Of a DNA stretch of 64,000 nt, positions 17,248-26,504 are shown in pieces (within the stretch, counting starts at the first letter, position 1; every line of letters starts with the position of its first letter). Location: assembly GCA_963778555.1 (NCBI GenBank), contig CAVZUR010000005.1, positions 97,756-161,755 on the forward strand, read 5' to 3'. Under the pieces are notes generated by a model. It was given only the letters and a program-made list of their open reading frames with translations. It ran no database searches and was not told the DNA's origin. Made by a program: the position numbers and the translations under genes. This DNA comes from Candidatus Moraniibacteriota bacterium. GTDB taxonomy: Bacteria > Patescibacteriota > Minisyncoccia > Moranbacterales > UBA1568.

Positions 17248-19388
17248 AAAAGATATCTTTCGTCGTCTATTATCCGTATCAGTGGTTTATCTATCGGAAT
17301 ATCTATAGACAGATACCGGCTGACAAGCGGGAAGTCATCGTTGATCTGAGCGATAATCCGGGACTTCAGGATGAGGAAGTAAGGATGAGCATCGCTTCTT
17401 TGCTTCAACGAGAGAGCGTTCCGTTTCGGGTCCTCGAGAAAGTGATTTGTTTCAATCGGAAACTGCTTCAGGATTTTTTCACTGATGTCGAGGTCATCGT
17501 ATCTTGCTGGGAAAACGGTTGCGTGTCGAACAATGCCCTGCGACATATTAAAAAAGTAAACGTGACTTACGGAATAGCCAAAGAATTGACGATGCTCCGG
17601 CCAACGCGTTCGATCTACGATGTCATATTGGCGTATGGCGCGCGTGATCAGCGGTATTTCGAATTGCTCACGAAATCCATAGCCATCGGTAATCCGCGAC
17701 TGGACAATTATTACCGTGGCATAGCTGATGATTCCATTCGGGAAAAACTGTCAAGATATTTCAAAGATAAAAAAAAGAAAACCATACTGTATGTTCCGAC
17801 TCACGGAGATCTCGGGTCATTTCATGAAATGTTACCTACGTTCGCACGGATATCGAGACAATATAATATCATTTTTAAGCCACACTATTATACTTTGAGG
17901 GAGGAGAAAGAGATTATAGAAAAGTACCGGCAGATAGAGTCGCTTTTGGTCATCGATGACACGTGGGACACGATTGAAGTTATGTCCGTAAGCGATATCA
18001 TCGTGAGCGATAACTCGAGCGCTATTTTCGATGCGATGCAGATCGATAAGCCGTTAATCGTATGTGATTTTCTGGATAATCAATTTATAGATACTATTCA
18101 TAAAAAAATCCGTCTTGCAAAAAAAGGAACGGGAATACTTACGGCGCTGACGTATTCAGACAGTTTGGAACAGGAGATAAAAAGAGGAGGTCTAGCAATG
18201 ACCATAAAAAAACCGAATGATATTGATGACCTTCTGGAAAACATAGATGACACAGACGGCCGGTATCGGGACTTTCGGAAAGAAATCGTTGCTGCGAATT
18301 TCAAATATGTTGATGGTCATTCGTCTGAAAGAGCTGTCGAGATCATTCTGCGAATATACGGCACGAAGAGGACGCATGTGCCGGGTATCCTGCACCATGC
18401 ATACCTCGCGTATAATAACCGAGCGTATCAATGGAGTATCGAATCTGAACACAAGGAAACTGTCCTTACGACTGTCCCGAGTACGACCATTGTCTGGATT
18501 TTCTGCGAGTTGCGTCAGAAGAATGATGAGATTATATGCACCATCTACTCAGCATTGAACGAAAAGGAGGTCACCACAGTCTGTGTTTCGGGGAGTGTCG
18601 GAAAAGATGTGCGTGACACTCTTTCACGGAGTGAATTCTCTGACAGGATTATATTTTTTGAAAATCATGCAGACGGGATAAATCTTGTTTATTCGCGGCT
18701 CGGCATCTGCGATAACCTTCTTGTGGTGAAGGCGAATACTATTATCAAAGACTTGAATACGATATGTAACTTCAAAGTATCCTGTAAACGAGACATGATC
18801 TTTTTTTCTGAAAATATTGTTCCTTTTCCAGAAAATTGGGTAAGCCGACTCTTTTATCAGTTGAAATATGAGATGCTTGGCTTTCGGAGTCTGGCAATGA
18901 ATACGCTGCTCTCTATCCCGTATGAGTTGATCTGTGCTTCCGAAAAGTGCGCCGTTCTCATCGATAGTAAGGCCCTGCTTGCTGTTTCACCACGGCCGGT
19001 TGTAGACACTTTTATCTTCGAGTGGGTTCTTTCGTCTTTTATTAACATTGATTCATTGAAAAGTCAGGGTCGCGATTTTTATGGTACGCTCTGCGATGAT
19101 TATATCCTTATGCCGAATTTCTTCATGAATGGTAGCCGGTCGGCCAATGCGGATATTATTAACAAACTTGTGGCAAAAGGACTGATATTGAATGCTTTAG
19201 GTATCCCCATAAAGCGGTGGCCGGATAAAAAAATCGGTAAACTGCTGTGGAAAATCGCGACTGGCGACTTCAGGCGCTATCAACTCTTGAAATTGATACT
19301 GTTGAAGGTGCTCACTGTGAAAAAGCAAGTATTTCTCAGCAAAGCCCGTTCTTTTTTGGAGAAGGTTTACGCAGATGACGCCCCATAG
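17244..19388 (+). CDS. CDP-glycerol/ribitol-phosphate glycerophosphotransferase (TagF/TagB family) with extra C-terminal domain
   Basis: 'IIFKPHYYT...VSDIIVSDNSSAIFDAMQIDKPLIVCDF' are TagF-family catalytic motifs. 714 aa. Confidence 0.65.
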   Translation: MKKISFVVYYPYQWFIYRNIYRQIPADKREVIVDLSDNPGLQDEEVRMSIASLLQRESVPFRVLEKVICFNRKLLQDFFTDVEVIVSCWENGCVSNNALRHIKKVNVTYGIAKELTMLRPTRSIYDVILAYGARDQRYFELLTKSIAIGNPRLDNYYRGIADDSIREKLSRYFKDKKKKTILYVPTHGDLGSFHEMLPTFARISRQYNIIFKPHYYTLREEKEIIEKYRQIESLLVIDDTWDTIEVMSVSDIIVSDNSSAIFDAMQIDKPLIVCDFLDNQFIDTIHKKIRLAKKGTGILTALTYSDSLEQEIKRGGLAMTIKKPNDIDDLLENIDDTDGRYRDFRKEIVAANFKYVDGHSSERAVEIILRIYGTKRTHVPGILHHAYLAYNNRAYQWSIESEHKETVLTTVPSTTIVWIFCELRQKNDEIICTIYSALNEKEVTTVCVSGSVGKDVRDTLSRSEFSDRIIFFENHADGINLVYSRLGICDNLLVVKANTIIKDLNTICNFKVSCKRDMIFFSENIVPFPENWVSRLFYQLKYEMLGFRSLAMNTLLSIPYELICASEKCAVLIDSKALLAVSPRPVVDTFIFEWVLSSFINIDSLKSQGRDFYGTLCDDYILMPNFFMNGSRSANADIINKLVAKGLILNALGIPIKRWPDKKIGKLLWKIATGDFRRYQLLKLILLKVLTVKKQVFLSKARSFLEKVYADDAP

Positions 19389-19454
19389 TTGTTGAAAGGA
19401 TGACCTAAGGCAGGACAACCAGACTTGAGAATTATGTGCTAGAATGGTCGTAAT

Positions 19455-20888
19455 TTGGCTGAAATGCCATCTCAGAATACATCAATTCCCTCAGATACGA
19501 TAACCGCACGCATCCCTATGGAGATGAAAGGAGTGATAAAGGATAATCAAAATCCTCGGGCCTCGATAGGCATTCTTTGCTCCTTCCTTCCGTTTTTTTT
19601 CGTCTTCGAAAAGGTCTATAAGAATTTGGAAAATGTTGAATTTATTCTTGATTTTACGACTCTCCCCATTGGAATTCCCTATCCAGAGTGGTATAAGGAA
19701 CGAATGCGAAAGTATTTTACAAATCAAAATGTTTATTTTCGCGATCTTGAAGCAAGCAATTTTACCCCGGCAGAGTTTTTTTCGAAATACCACACATTGG
19801 TAAGTGGATCTTTTGATGGTCTGATGGCGCATAAGTGCAATCAAACCAAAAAAAAAGTGCGAGTGATGTATGGCCTCGCCAAAGACCTCAATAGTTTTTC
19901 TCTCACAAATACGCATTTCGACCTGGTAGCATGTCCCTCGGAGTATGTCGCTAAGAGAATGCAAGATCTATGCGGTGTTCGTGTCGCGGTGACCGGTGAT
20001 CCCAAATATGATCGCTACATTCTTGATGCCTCGCCAACACCGCCAAGTATAGAGGAAATTCTAAAAGCGAGTCAGGGCAAGAAGATCGTCTTATTTGCTC
20101 CGACATGGGGGAATCTTTCATCTGAGAAAAGAATCCTCCCCGTTCTTGTGGAGCTATCTCAAAAATATACTGTTTTCTACAAGCCGCATCACATGACAAT
20201 GATATCCCAGTCAGAGGTCATTAAAGACTTCGACAGGATTTCGGATATTCACATAATCTGGGACGATGTGAGTTTCATGGATATGTTGAAGAAAGTCGAT
20301 GTGGTAATCACGGACAATAGCAGCGCTATATTTGACACCATCATTGTTAAAAAACCTCTAGTCCTTATTGATATCACGGTTGAGGGAAAATTTCCTTATG
20401 CAAAATCCCCATTCTATTCTTTTCGGGGGGGGAAATTCGGTGGTGTTTCTACATCACTTGAGAGTCTCGAGCAGGTAGTGAAGGTAGAGGGCCGGGAAAT
20501 TGCTCCAGTAGTACGGCTTTCAAAAAAATTGATTGAGGATACGTTGCCACCACTTGCGACTGCTATCGAAGCGGCAATTGAATCAGCCGGGGGGTTAATT
20601 TATTTGGAACGGCAAAAGCAGGTATTGAATGATTATTCGGGAGTGATTGACGGAAAAGCGGGGGAGCGCATTGCAAGTGAAATCCAATATATGGTCGATA
20701 ATTACGTAGAAGATTCCAAAAGCGCGCTTGAACCATATGTGTATGACTTTCAGCATAAAGTACGCGAGGAGGATCGGGACGTATTTGATTGGGAAAACCA
20801 GGATAGGTTGGATGAACAAAAGATATTGAACATACGGCGGTTACCAATGGTTGAAAAGGTTAAAAAAATCATAGAATTATTCTATTAG
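19455..20888 (+). CDS. Second TagF-family CDP-alcohol phosphotransferase
   Basis: 'FYKPHHMT...VDVVITDNSSAIFDTIIVKKPLVLID' TagF signature. Confidence 0.65.
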   Translation: MAEMPSQNTSIPSDTITARIPMEMKGVIKDNQNPRASIGILCSFLPFFFVFEKVYKNLENVEFILDFTTLPIGIPYPEWYKERMRKYFTNQNVYFRDLEASNFTPAEFFSKYHTLVSGSFDGLMAHKCNQTKKKVRVMYGLAKDLNSFSLTNTHFDLVACPSEYVAKRMQDLCGVRVAVTGDPKYDRYILDASPTPPSIEEILKASQGKKIVLFAPTWGNLSSEKRILPVLVELSQKYTVFYKPHHMTMISQSEVIKDFDRISDIHIIWDDVSFMDMLKKVDVVITDNSSAIFDTIIVKKPLVLIDITVEGKFPYAKSPFYSFRGGKFGGVSTSLESLEQVVKVEGREIAPVVRLSKKLIEDTLPPLATAIEAAIESAGGLIYLERQKQVLNDYSGVIDGKAGERIASEIQYMVDNYVEDSKSALEPYVYDFQHKVREEDRDVFDWENQDRLDEQKILNIRRLPMVEKVKKIIELFY

Positions 20889-20891
20889 CAT

Positions 20892-21851
20892 ATGTCGAAG
20901 GGCCTGTCTGTTTCTGTCGTTATCCCTACTCTGAACGGCCTTCTTAAATCAGATATTGTTTTGTACAGTCTGGAAAGACAATCCTATCTCGTGAATATCG
21001 TCGAGGTGATCATCGTTGATGACGCATCGAACGATCCTGAAAAAAAAGTACGGTATGAACTGATACAGGATCGGTTCTCTCGTTTGAATGTCGTGGTGTT
21101 GTTTCATGAAAGGAATACCGGCCCCGCTGGTGCTCGCAATACCGGGGTAAAAAAAGCGAAGGGGGATGTGATTTTTTTTACCGACGATGATTGCGAATTG
21201 CCGTCGAACTGCATCGAAGAACATCTCAAGATATATGCTGCCCACCCCTCCGTCAGTAGTGTCGGCGGATGGTACAAACCGTATGATAACGATATTCGGG
21301 ACAGTCTCTATCAAACATACATGATGATTCATGTTCTGAATTATTCTTCCCTGTTCCATCAGTCGATCTCTTGTTCTCCCGAAGGTTTCGCATTTCCCGC
21401 GGTGAATACCGCCAATCTCTCAGTCCGACGGCACGTATTCAGTCAGGTTCAATTTGATGAAGATTTTACAACCCCCAGTTATGAGGACAGATTTTTCTCC
21501 GAAAGCATCCGGAGGGCTGGATATACCATGTACTACTTCCCCCTCTTCATTTTTCACCGAAAAAAATTGAATCTGAGAGGATTTATTCGACTTGCTATGA
21601 ATAAAGGGATGGGCCGGTATGTTTACTATGGGAAGCACGGAGTACTAGATTCTCAAGCGTTCGATGCCGTTCTGAGAAAGCGCGATTTGATCAGGCGATT
21701 ATCCTTGACTAACTCGCAGATCCGGAAAAGAAAATGGAGACTTTTTGTGTTAGTTTACGCATGGTATTTCCTGGAAAGTTCCCACATTATGAAAGGATAT
21801 TACGAGCGTGCATATGTCAGAAGAATGGGATATTATCCAGGTTCTCTGTAG
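20892..21851 (+). CDS. Family 2 glycosyltransferase (GT2), tandem copy 1
   Basis: 'VSVVIPTLNG...VEVIIVDDASNDP...VIFFTDDDCELP' GT-A fold DxD motifs. Confidence 0.8.
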   Translation: MSKGLSVSVVIPTLNGLLKSDIVLYSLERQSYLVNIVEVIIVDDASNDPEKKVRYELIQDRFSRLNVVVLFHERNTGPAGARNTGVKKAKGDVIFFTDDDCELPSNCIEEHLKIYAAHPSVSSVGGWYKPYDNDIRDSLYQTYMMIHVLNYSSLFHQSISCSPEGFAFPAVNTANLSVRRHVFSQVQFDEDFTTPSYEDRFFSESIRRAGYTMYYFPLFIFHRKKLNLRGFIRLAMNKGMGRYVYYGKHGVLDSQAFDAVLRKRDLIRRLSLTNSQIRKRKWRLFVLVYAWYFLESSHIMKGYYERAYVRRMGYYPGSL

Positions 21852-21906
21852 GTATTGCGATGAGAGCAGCGGAGATAAAAAAATCATAGAATTATTCTAT
21901 TAGCAT

Positions 21907-22875
21907 ATGTCGAAGGGCCTGTCTGTTTCTGTCGTTATCCCTACTCTGAACGGCCTTCTTAAATCAGATATTGTTTTGTACAGTCTGGAAAGACAATCCT
22001 ATCTCGTGAATATCGTCGAGGTGATCATCGTTGATGACGCATCGAACGATCCTGAAAAAAAAGTACGGTATGAACTGATACAGGATCGGTTCTCTCGTTT
22101 GAATGTCGTGGTGTTGTTTCATGAAAGGAATACCGGCCCCGCTGGTGCTCGCAATACCGGGGTAAAAAAAGCGAAGGGGGATGTGATTTTTTTTACCGAC
22201 GATGATTGCGAATTGCCGTCGAACTGCATCGAAGAACATCTCAAGATATATGCTGCCCACCCCTCCGTCAGTAGTGTCGGCGGATGGTACAAACCGTATG
22301 ATAACGATATTCGGGACAGTCTCTATCAAACATACATGATGATTCATGATAGGAGCGCTTACGGAAATCTTCTTTACTACCCGTCCGCCTCTCGTCTCCC
22401 CGAGGAGTCTAAGTTCCCGGCGATAAATACCGCCAATCTCTCAGTCCGACGGCACGTATTCAGTCAGGTTCAATTTGATGAAGGCTTCATAGCACCGGGG
22501 TATGAAGATCTATTTTTCTCCGAAAGCATCCGGAGGGCTGGATATACCATGTACTACTTCCCCCTCTTCATTTTTCACCGAAAAAAATTGAATCTGAGAG
22601 GATTTATTCGACTTGCTATGAATAGAGGGATGGGCCGGTATGTTTACTATGGGAAGCACGGAGTACTAGATTCTCAAGCGTTCGATGCCGTTCTGAGAAA
22701 GCGCGATTTGATCAGGCGATTATCCTTGACTAACTCGCAGATCCGGAAAAGAAAATGGAGACTTTTTGTGTTAGTTTACGCATGGTATTTCCTGGGTAGC
22801 TCCAGCGTTATGAAAGGATATTACGAGCGTGCATATGTCAGAAGAATGGGATATTATCCAAAATTTATTTCGTAA
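21907..22875 (+). CDS. Family 2 glycosyltransferase (GT2), tandem copy 2 (mosaic: identical blocks separated by short copy-specific segments)
   Basis: First ~148 aa identical to copy 1, including 30 bp of upstream sequence. Divergent segment ('DRSAYGNLLYYPSASRLPEESKFPAINT' vs 'VLNYSSLFHQSISCSPEGFAFPAVNT'), then near-identical again. Confidence 0.8.
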   Translation: MSKGLSVSVVIPTLNGLLKSDIVLYSLERQSYLVNIVEVIIVDDASNDPEKKVRYELIQDRFSRLNVVVLFHERNTGPAGARNTGVKKAKGDVIFFTDDDCELPSNCIEEHLKIYAAHPSVSSVGGWYKPYDNDIRDSLYQTYMMIHDRSAYGNLLYYPSASRLPEESKFPAINTANLSVRRHVFSQVQFDEGFIAPGYEDLFFSESIRRAGYTMYYFPLFIFHRKKLNLRGFIRLAMNRGMGRYVYYGKHGVLDSQAFDAVLRKRDLIRRLSLTNSQIRKRKWRLFVLVYAWYFLGSSSVMKGYYERAYVRRMGYYPKFIS

Positions 22876-23065
22876 CAGTAGACTGACAGAAATTACCAGG
22901 AAACAAAGAAATGTACCCTGGGTGCGTCTTTCCCGTCTTAATGATTTGATGTGATATCTTGCCACGGCGCATCATATCTGATAGCTTGGAAACGTCCAAT
23001 TTGAACCATTGGAGACGTTCTTTGAACAATGCCTATTCTCAACCAACGTGCTGGAGGATAACATC

Positions 23066-24034
23066 ATGCACTCGTCTGTCTTTTGCACCTTCTTGGCTTT
23101 CTGCTTGGCGGTTACCCTGGTGTCGCAAGCTCTCGCTCAATCGAATCCGCCTATTCAGGTAGTGGTCCCTGCTCCGGCTGGGGGTCAACCGGACGTATTG
23201 GGACGACAAATAGTTCAGAGAATCAACGAGAAAACTAGCGAGACGTTTTTGGTTCTGAACAAACCGGGGGCAACTGGCATCATTGGAAACAGTTTCGTTG
23301 CGAAATCGCTGCCAGATGGACGCACTCTGCTCATCACACCCAAGAGCTATGTCGTCACTACGCCACATGTACATCTCAAGATGCCTTATGACTCCCTCGA
23401 CGATCTCGTGCCGGTTATCCAGACTGGGACCTATGTGTTTGTACTCGTGAGTCATCCGGGTATTCCGGCAAAAACGGTCAAGGAGTTGATTGCGTTCGCA
23501 AAATCAAAACCTGATGCACTTACCTTCGGTTCGCCGGGGGTGGGGAATTCGCTTCACATTTCTGGCGAGTTGTTCCAGCAGATGGCAAAGGTCAAGATGC
23601 TGCATGTGCCATTTGTCGGGGCTCCCGCCGCCCTCAACGCTCTCGTGGGCGGGCATATTGATCTGGCGTTTTCTAGCGTCTTGGCGGCGAAGCCATTAGC
23701 AGAAGCGGGGAAGATCCGGATTATTGCGGTCACGGGTCTGACGCGTGATTCATTGCTTCCGAATGTTCCGACCATTGATGAATCAGGATTGACGGGCTAT
23801 GAAATGGTCGACTGGAACGGTGTGTTTGTGCCAAAGGGGACGCCATCGAGCATGGTCGATTATTACAACGAGATGATCCACTCCATTCTCGTCACCCAGG
23901 AGATGAGGGACTTGTGGGGAAGTCAAGGAATACGGTTTACCCCAAACACGCCGGCACAGTTCAAAACCATCGTCAAAAATGACTATGACTATGTGGGTCA
24001 ACTGATACGAATAATCGGAATCAAGCCCGAGTAA
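23066..24034 (+). CDS. Bug/TctC-family periplasmic solute-binding protein (tripartite tricarboxylate transporter receptor family)
   Basis: Signal peptide, then 'PIQVVVPAPAGGQPDVLGRQIVQRINEKTSETFLVLNKPGATGIIGN...LPDGRTLLI' typical Bug-family N-terminus. Confidence 0.7.
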   Translation: MHSSVFCTFLAFCLAVTLVSQALAQSNPPIQVVVPAPAGGQPDVLGRQIVQRINEKTSETFLVLNKPGATGIIGNSFVAKSLPDGRTLLITPKSYVVTTPHVHLKMPYDSLDDLVPVIQTGTYVFVLVSHPGIPAKTVKELIAFAKSKPDALTFGSPGVGNSLHISGELFQQMAKVKMLHVPFVGAPAALNALVGGHIDLAFSSVLAAKPLAEAGKIRIIAVTGLTRDSLLPNVPTIDESGLTGYEMVDWNGVFVPKGTPSSMVDYYNEMIHSILVTQEMRDLWGSQGIRFTPNTPAQFKTIVKNDYDYVGQLIRIIGIKPE

Positions 24035-24116
24035 ATTGCCAGTTGGGAAGCGGTAGCGGGTCACTGCAGAAGATGCGGTGACCCATTTTATTTTAAGGCG
24101 GGAGTATTATATTCCG

Positions 24117-25430
24117 CTAATCTTCGATGAGTGACTCAAAAACAACATGCTTTCCATTCCTGATGCTATCTAGTGTTGGCACCTGGCGGACTTCAATTGA
24201 AAATTCTGGGAAGGTCTGAAAATGATATTTTACCCGGTCAAGAATTTCTTTGTCATGGAAGGGGCGGTAACTTGGACCAGGGATAAACTTCAGCAGAATT
24301 TTATTTACTGACTCCTGAATGATTTGTTGTTTAGCTACAATATTTGCAAATTTAAGATTGATACTATGTATAAGGGCAATGGCGGGGAATTTGCTTCCAT
24401 CAGGGAGCTTAATATTCTGTATTTCTCGTCCTTCGAAAAAGAGTCGGCGCGTGTCTAGGCCGCATGTACATATCTCAGTTGTCCATTTGCCGATATCTCC
24501 GATATCAAATCTGATGAGGGGCATGATTCGATTATTCAGAGTGGTGATGATAATTCTTCCTGTGACATTATTTTTGACGGGACGACCTTCGTCGTCGACT
24601 ATTTCTACATAGCAGCCCGCTGGATCGATATGAAAGCCACCACGTTCCGGGCACTCCAGTCCCAAGATTCCGACCTCAGCACAGACATACTTATTATAAA
24701 TCGCACACTGAAAAACCCTCTCTAAATGTCCTCTATCCACTGTGGTCAAATACTCTGACCCACTGAGTAGGAACTTTGGTTTGAATCGTAATTTCCCAGA
24801 CTCTATTTTTTCCGCCAGAGAAAGTAAGCGGTACAGAGTTCCACCTATTGAAGAGACGCGATCTAATAATTTTTGTAGCGTTGCGATGTCCGCATCTGCG
24901 GGAAAATATGTCACAAGATCTTCGAGATGAGGTTTTCCAGTGGCATAACCATACCGTCTGAAATCCCTGACGCCGCAAAAATTCACGTAAAATTCTTCAG
25001 CGGCCATCATTTTTTGAAAGTAGACTTTTTTAGCAAAGAATTTTTTCGGGATGCCTGTGGAGCCTGATGTCACAAAAGCTCTCAGTTTATACCTCCCGGC
25101 ATTTCGTGTGACCAATTCAGGTCCGTGTTTTAACAAAATTTCGCGCGTCAAGATGGGAAAACGCTCGAATTTATTTATGTCAAAGGTATCCTTTCGGGTG
25201 AGATGTTTTTCAACGCGTTTCCAATATGGAATGTCATGGCGTGCAGAACGAAGAAGGTGTTGTAATCTGTAGCGTTGGTATTCAGATATGTCCTCGGGAG
25301 TGAGCCGATGGAGCATAAAGAACGCCTTCATATACAAAGGATGAATGAAGAACTCAGAAGCCAGTATCCTAAAGATGACGCCCTTTTGAATTTGACGAAG
25401 TAGTTTGACCTTATTCAGGATTTTTTCCAT
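24117..25430 (-). CDS. Adenylate-forming enzyme of the PaaK/CapK (phenylacetate-CoA ligase-like) family
   Basis: 'FVTSGSTGIPKKF' AMP-binding motif. Overall PaaK/CapK/F390-synthetase-like architecture, 437 aa. Confidence 0.65.
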   Translation of the reverse strand: MEKILNKVKLLRQIQKGVIFRILASEFFIHPLYMKAFFMLHRLTPEDISEYQRYRLQHLLRSARHDIPYWKRVEKHLTRKDTFDINKFERFPILTREILLKHGPELVTRNAGRYKLRAFVTSGSTGIPKKFFAKKVYFQKMMAAEEFYVNFCGVRDFRRYGYATGKPHLEDLVTYFPADADIATLQKLLDRVSSIGGTLYRLLSLAEKIESGKLRFKPKFLLSGSEYLTTVDRGHLERVFQCAIYNKYVCAEVGILGLECPERGGFHIDPAGCYVEIVDDEGRPVKNNVTGRIIITTLNNRIMPLIRFDIGDIGKWTTEICTCGLDTRRLFFEGREIQNIKLPDGSKFPAIALIHSINLKFANIVAKQQIIQESVNKILLKFIPGPSYRPFHDKEILDRVKYHFQTFPEFSIEVRQVPTLDSIRNGKHVVFESLIED

Positions 25431-25472
25431 TCGATATTTTTCAAAAAAAACCAGATTCTATAGCACCGACCG

Positions 25473-26210
25473 TTATTTAGGTGTGTCTGGTTTTTGGTCG
25501 TATCCACGAGATATAGAACTGCCGCCGTCTACCGAATAGGCGGCTCCGGTGACATAAGAGCATTTATCCGAGGCCAAAAAAAATACTACATTGGCCACTT
25601 CTTCGGGCGTACCGAGTCGCTTCATCGGTAATCTGCCTACCGGAAAATTTTTTCGCAAAAAAGGAGTATCTGTCGGACCCGGACAAACGCAGTTTATCCT
25701 GACACCGTCAGCTGCATAGCGTGCCGCCATAGACTTGGTGAACATGACAACAGCTGCCTTTGACGCGCAGTACACTGGGAATTTTAAGTCTGGAACGAGT
25801 CCGAGTTGCGAAGCGATATTGATGATTGATCCCTTAGTTTTTTTGAGATGGGACAGCGTATGCTTCGTCACAAGGAAAGTGCCCGTCATGTTGATGTCAA
25901 AGATATCACGGTATTCTTCGAGAGAAAAATCAGGGATGTCGATTTGACCTTTATAGTTTACGCCAGCGCTGTTGATAACAATATCTATTTTCCCAAATTT
26001 TCTGTGCGTCGCGTCAACCATTTTTTTTACTGAGCCCTCATCTCGTATATCAGTCTCTATAAAAGTAATGATATTACTTTCTGGTTGTTCTCTGTTACGT
26101 TTGGACGCGATAACGACATTGGCTCCTGCATTCGTGAAAAGCTGAGTAATCGCCTCACCGATACCAGTGCCTCCGCCCACTATGATGACTGTTTTTTCAA
26201 ACATGTCCAT
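25473..26210 (-). CDS. Short-chain dehydrogenase/reductase (SDR family)
   Basis: 'TVIIVGGGTGIGEAI', 'NSAG', 'YCASKAAV' catalytic YxxxK motif. Confidence 0.8.
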   Translation of the reverse strand: MDMFEKTVIIVGGGTGIGEAITQLFTNAGANVVIASKRNREQPESNIITFIETDIRDEGSVKKMVDATHRKFGKIDIVINSAGVNYKGQIDIPDFSLEEYRDIFDINMTGTFLVTKHTLSHLKKTKGSIINIASQLGLVPDLKFPVYCASKAAVVMFTKSMAARYAADGVRINCVCPGPTDTPFLRKNFPVGRLPMKRLGTPEEVANVVFFLASDKCSYVTGAAYSVDGGSSISRGYDQKPDTPK

Positions 26211-26400
26211 AGTCCGTGTGCAAAATCTTTTAGCTTAATAAAGCCATTCTTGATTCAGTATATATCAATTCGATTTTGAAAATCAATCGTTCGGGTAAAC
26301 ACCTAGATTAAGTGCTCCGTATCTCCAGCATCGTGTGCAAATCCCGAGTATAGAATCATGGGAGGTTCATCTGCGCATGTATATCTTTGGGTGTAAGTTC

Positions 26401-26414
26401 GGGGGGGGGGGGGG
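26401..26414. repeat. G14 homopolymeric tract in divergent promoter region (~75-90 bp upstream of 26490/26505 start)
   Basis: Read directly: ttc gggggggggggggg tagcc. Confidence 0.9.
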
Positions 26415-26504
26415 TAGCCTCGCATGATTTGAATCCTACTTGGTGTGGTCAACCGCCAATCATAGCCCATTTCAGTCTGATTTGGTAGGGTGAGGATAGT
26501 TAAT

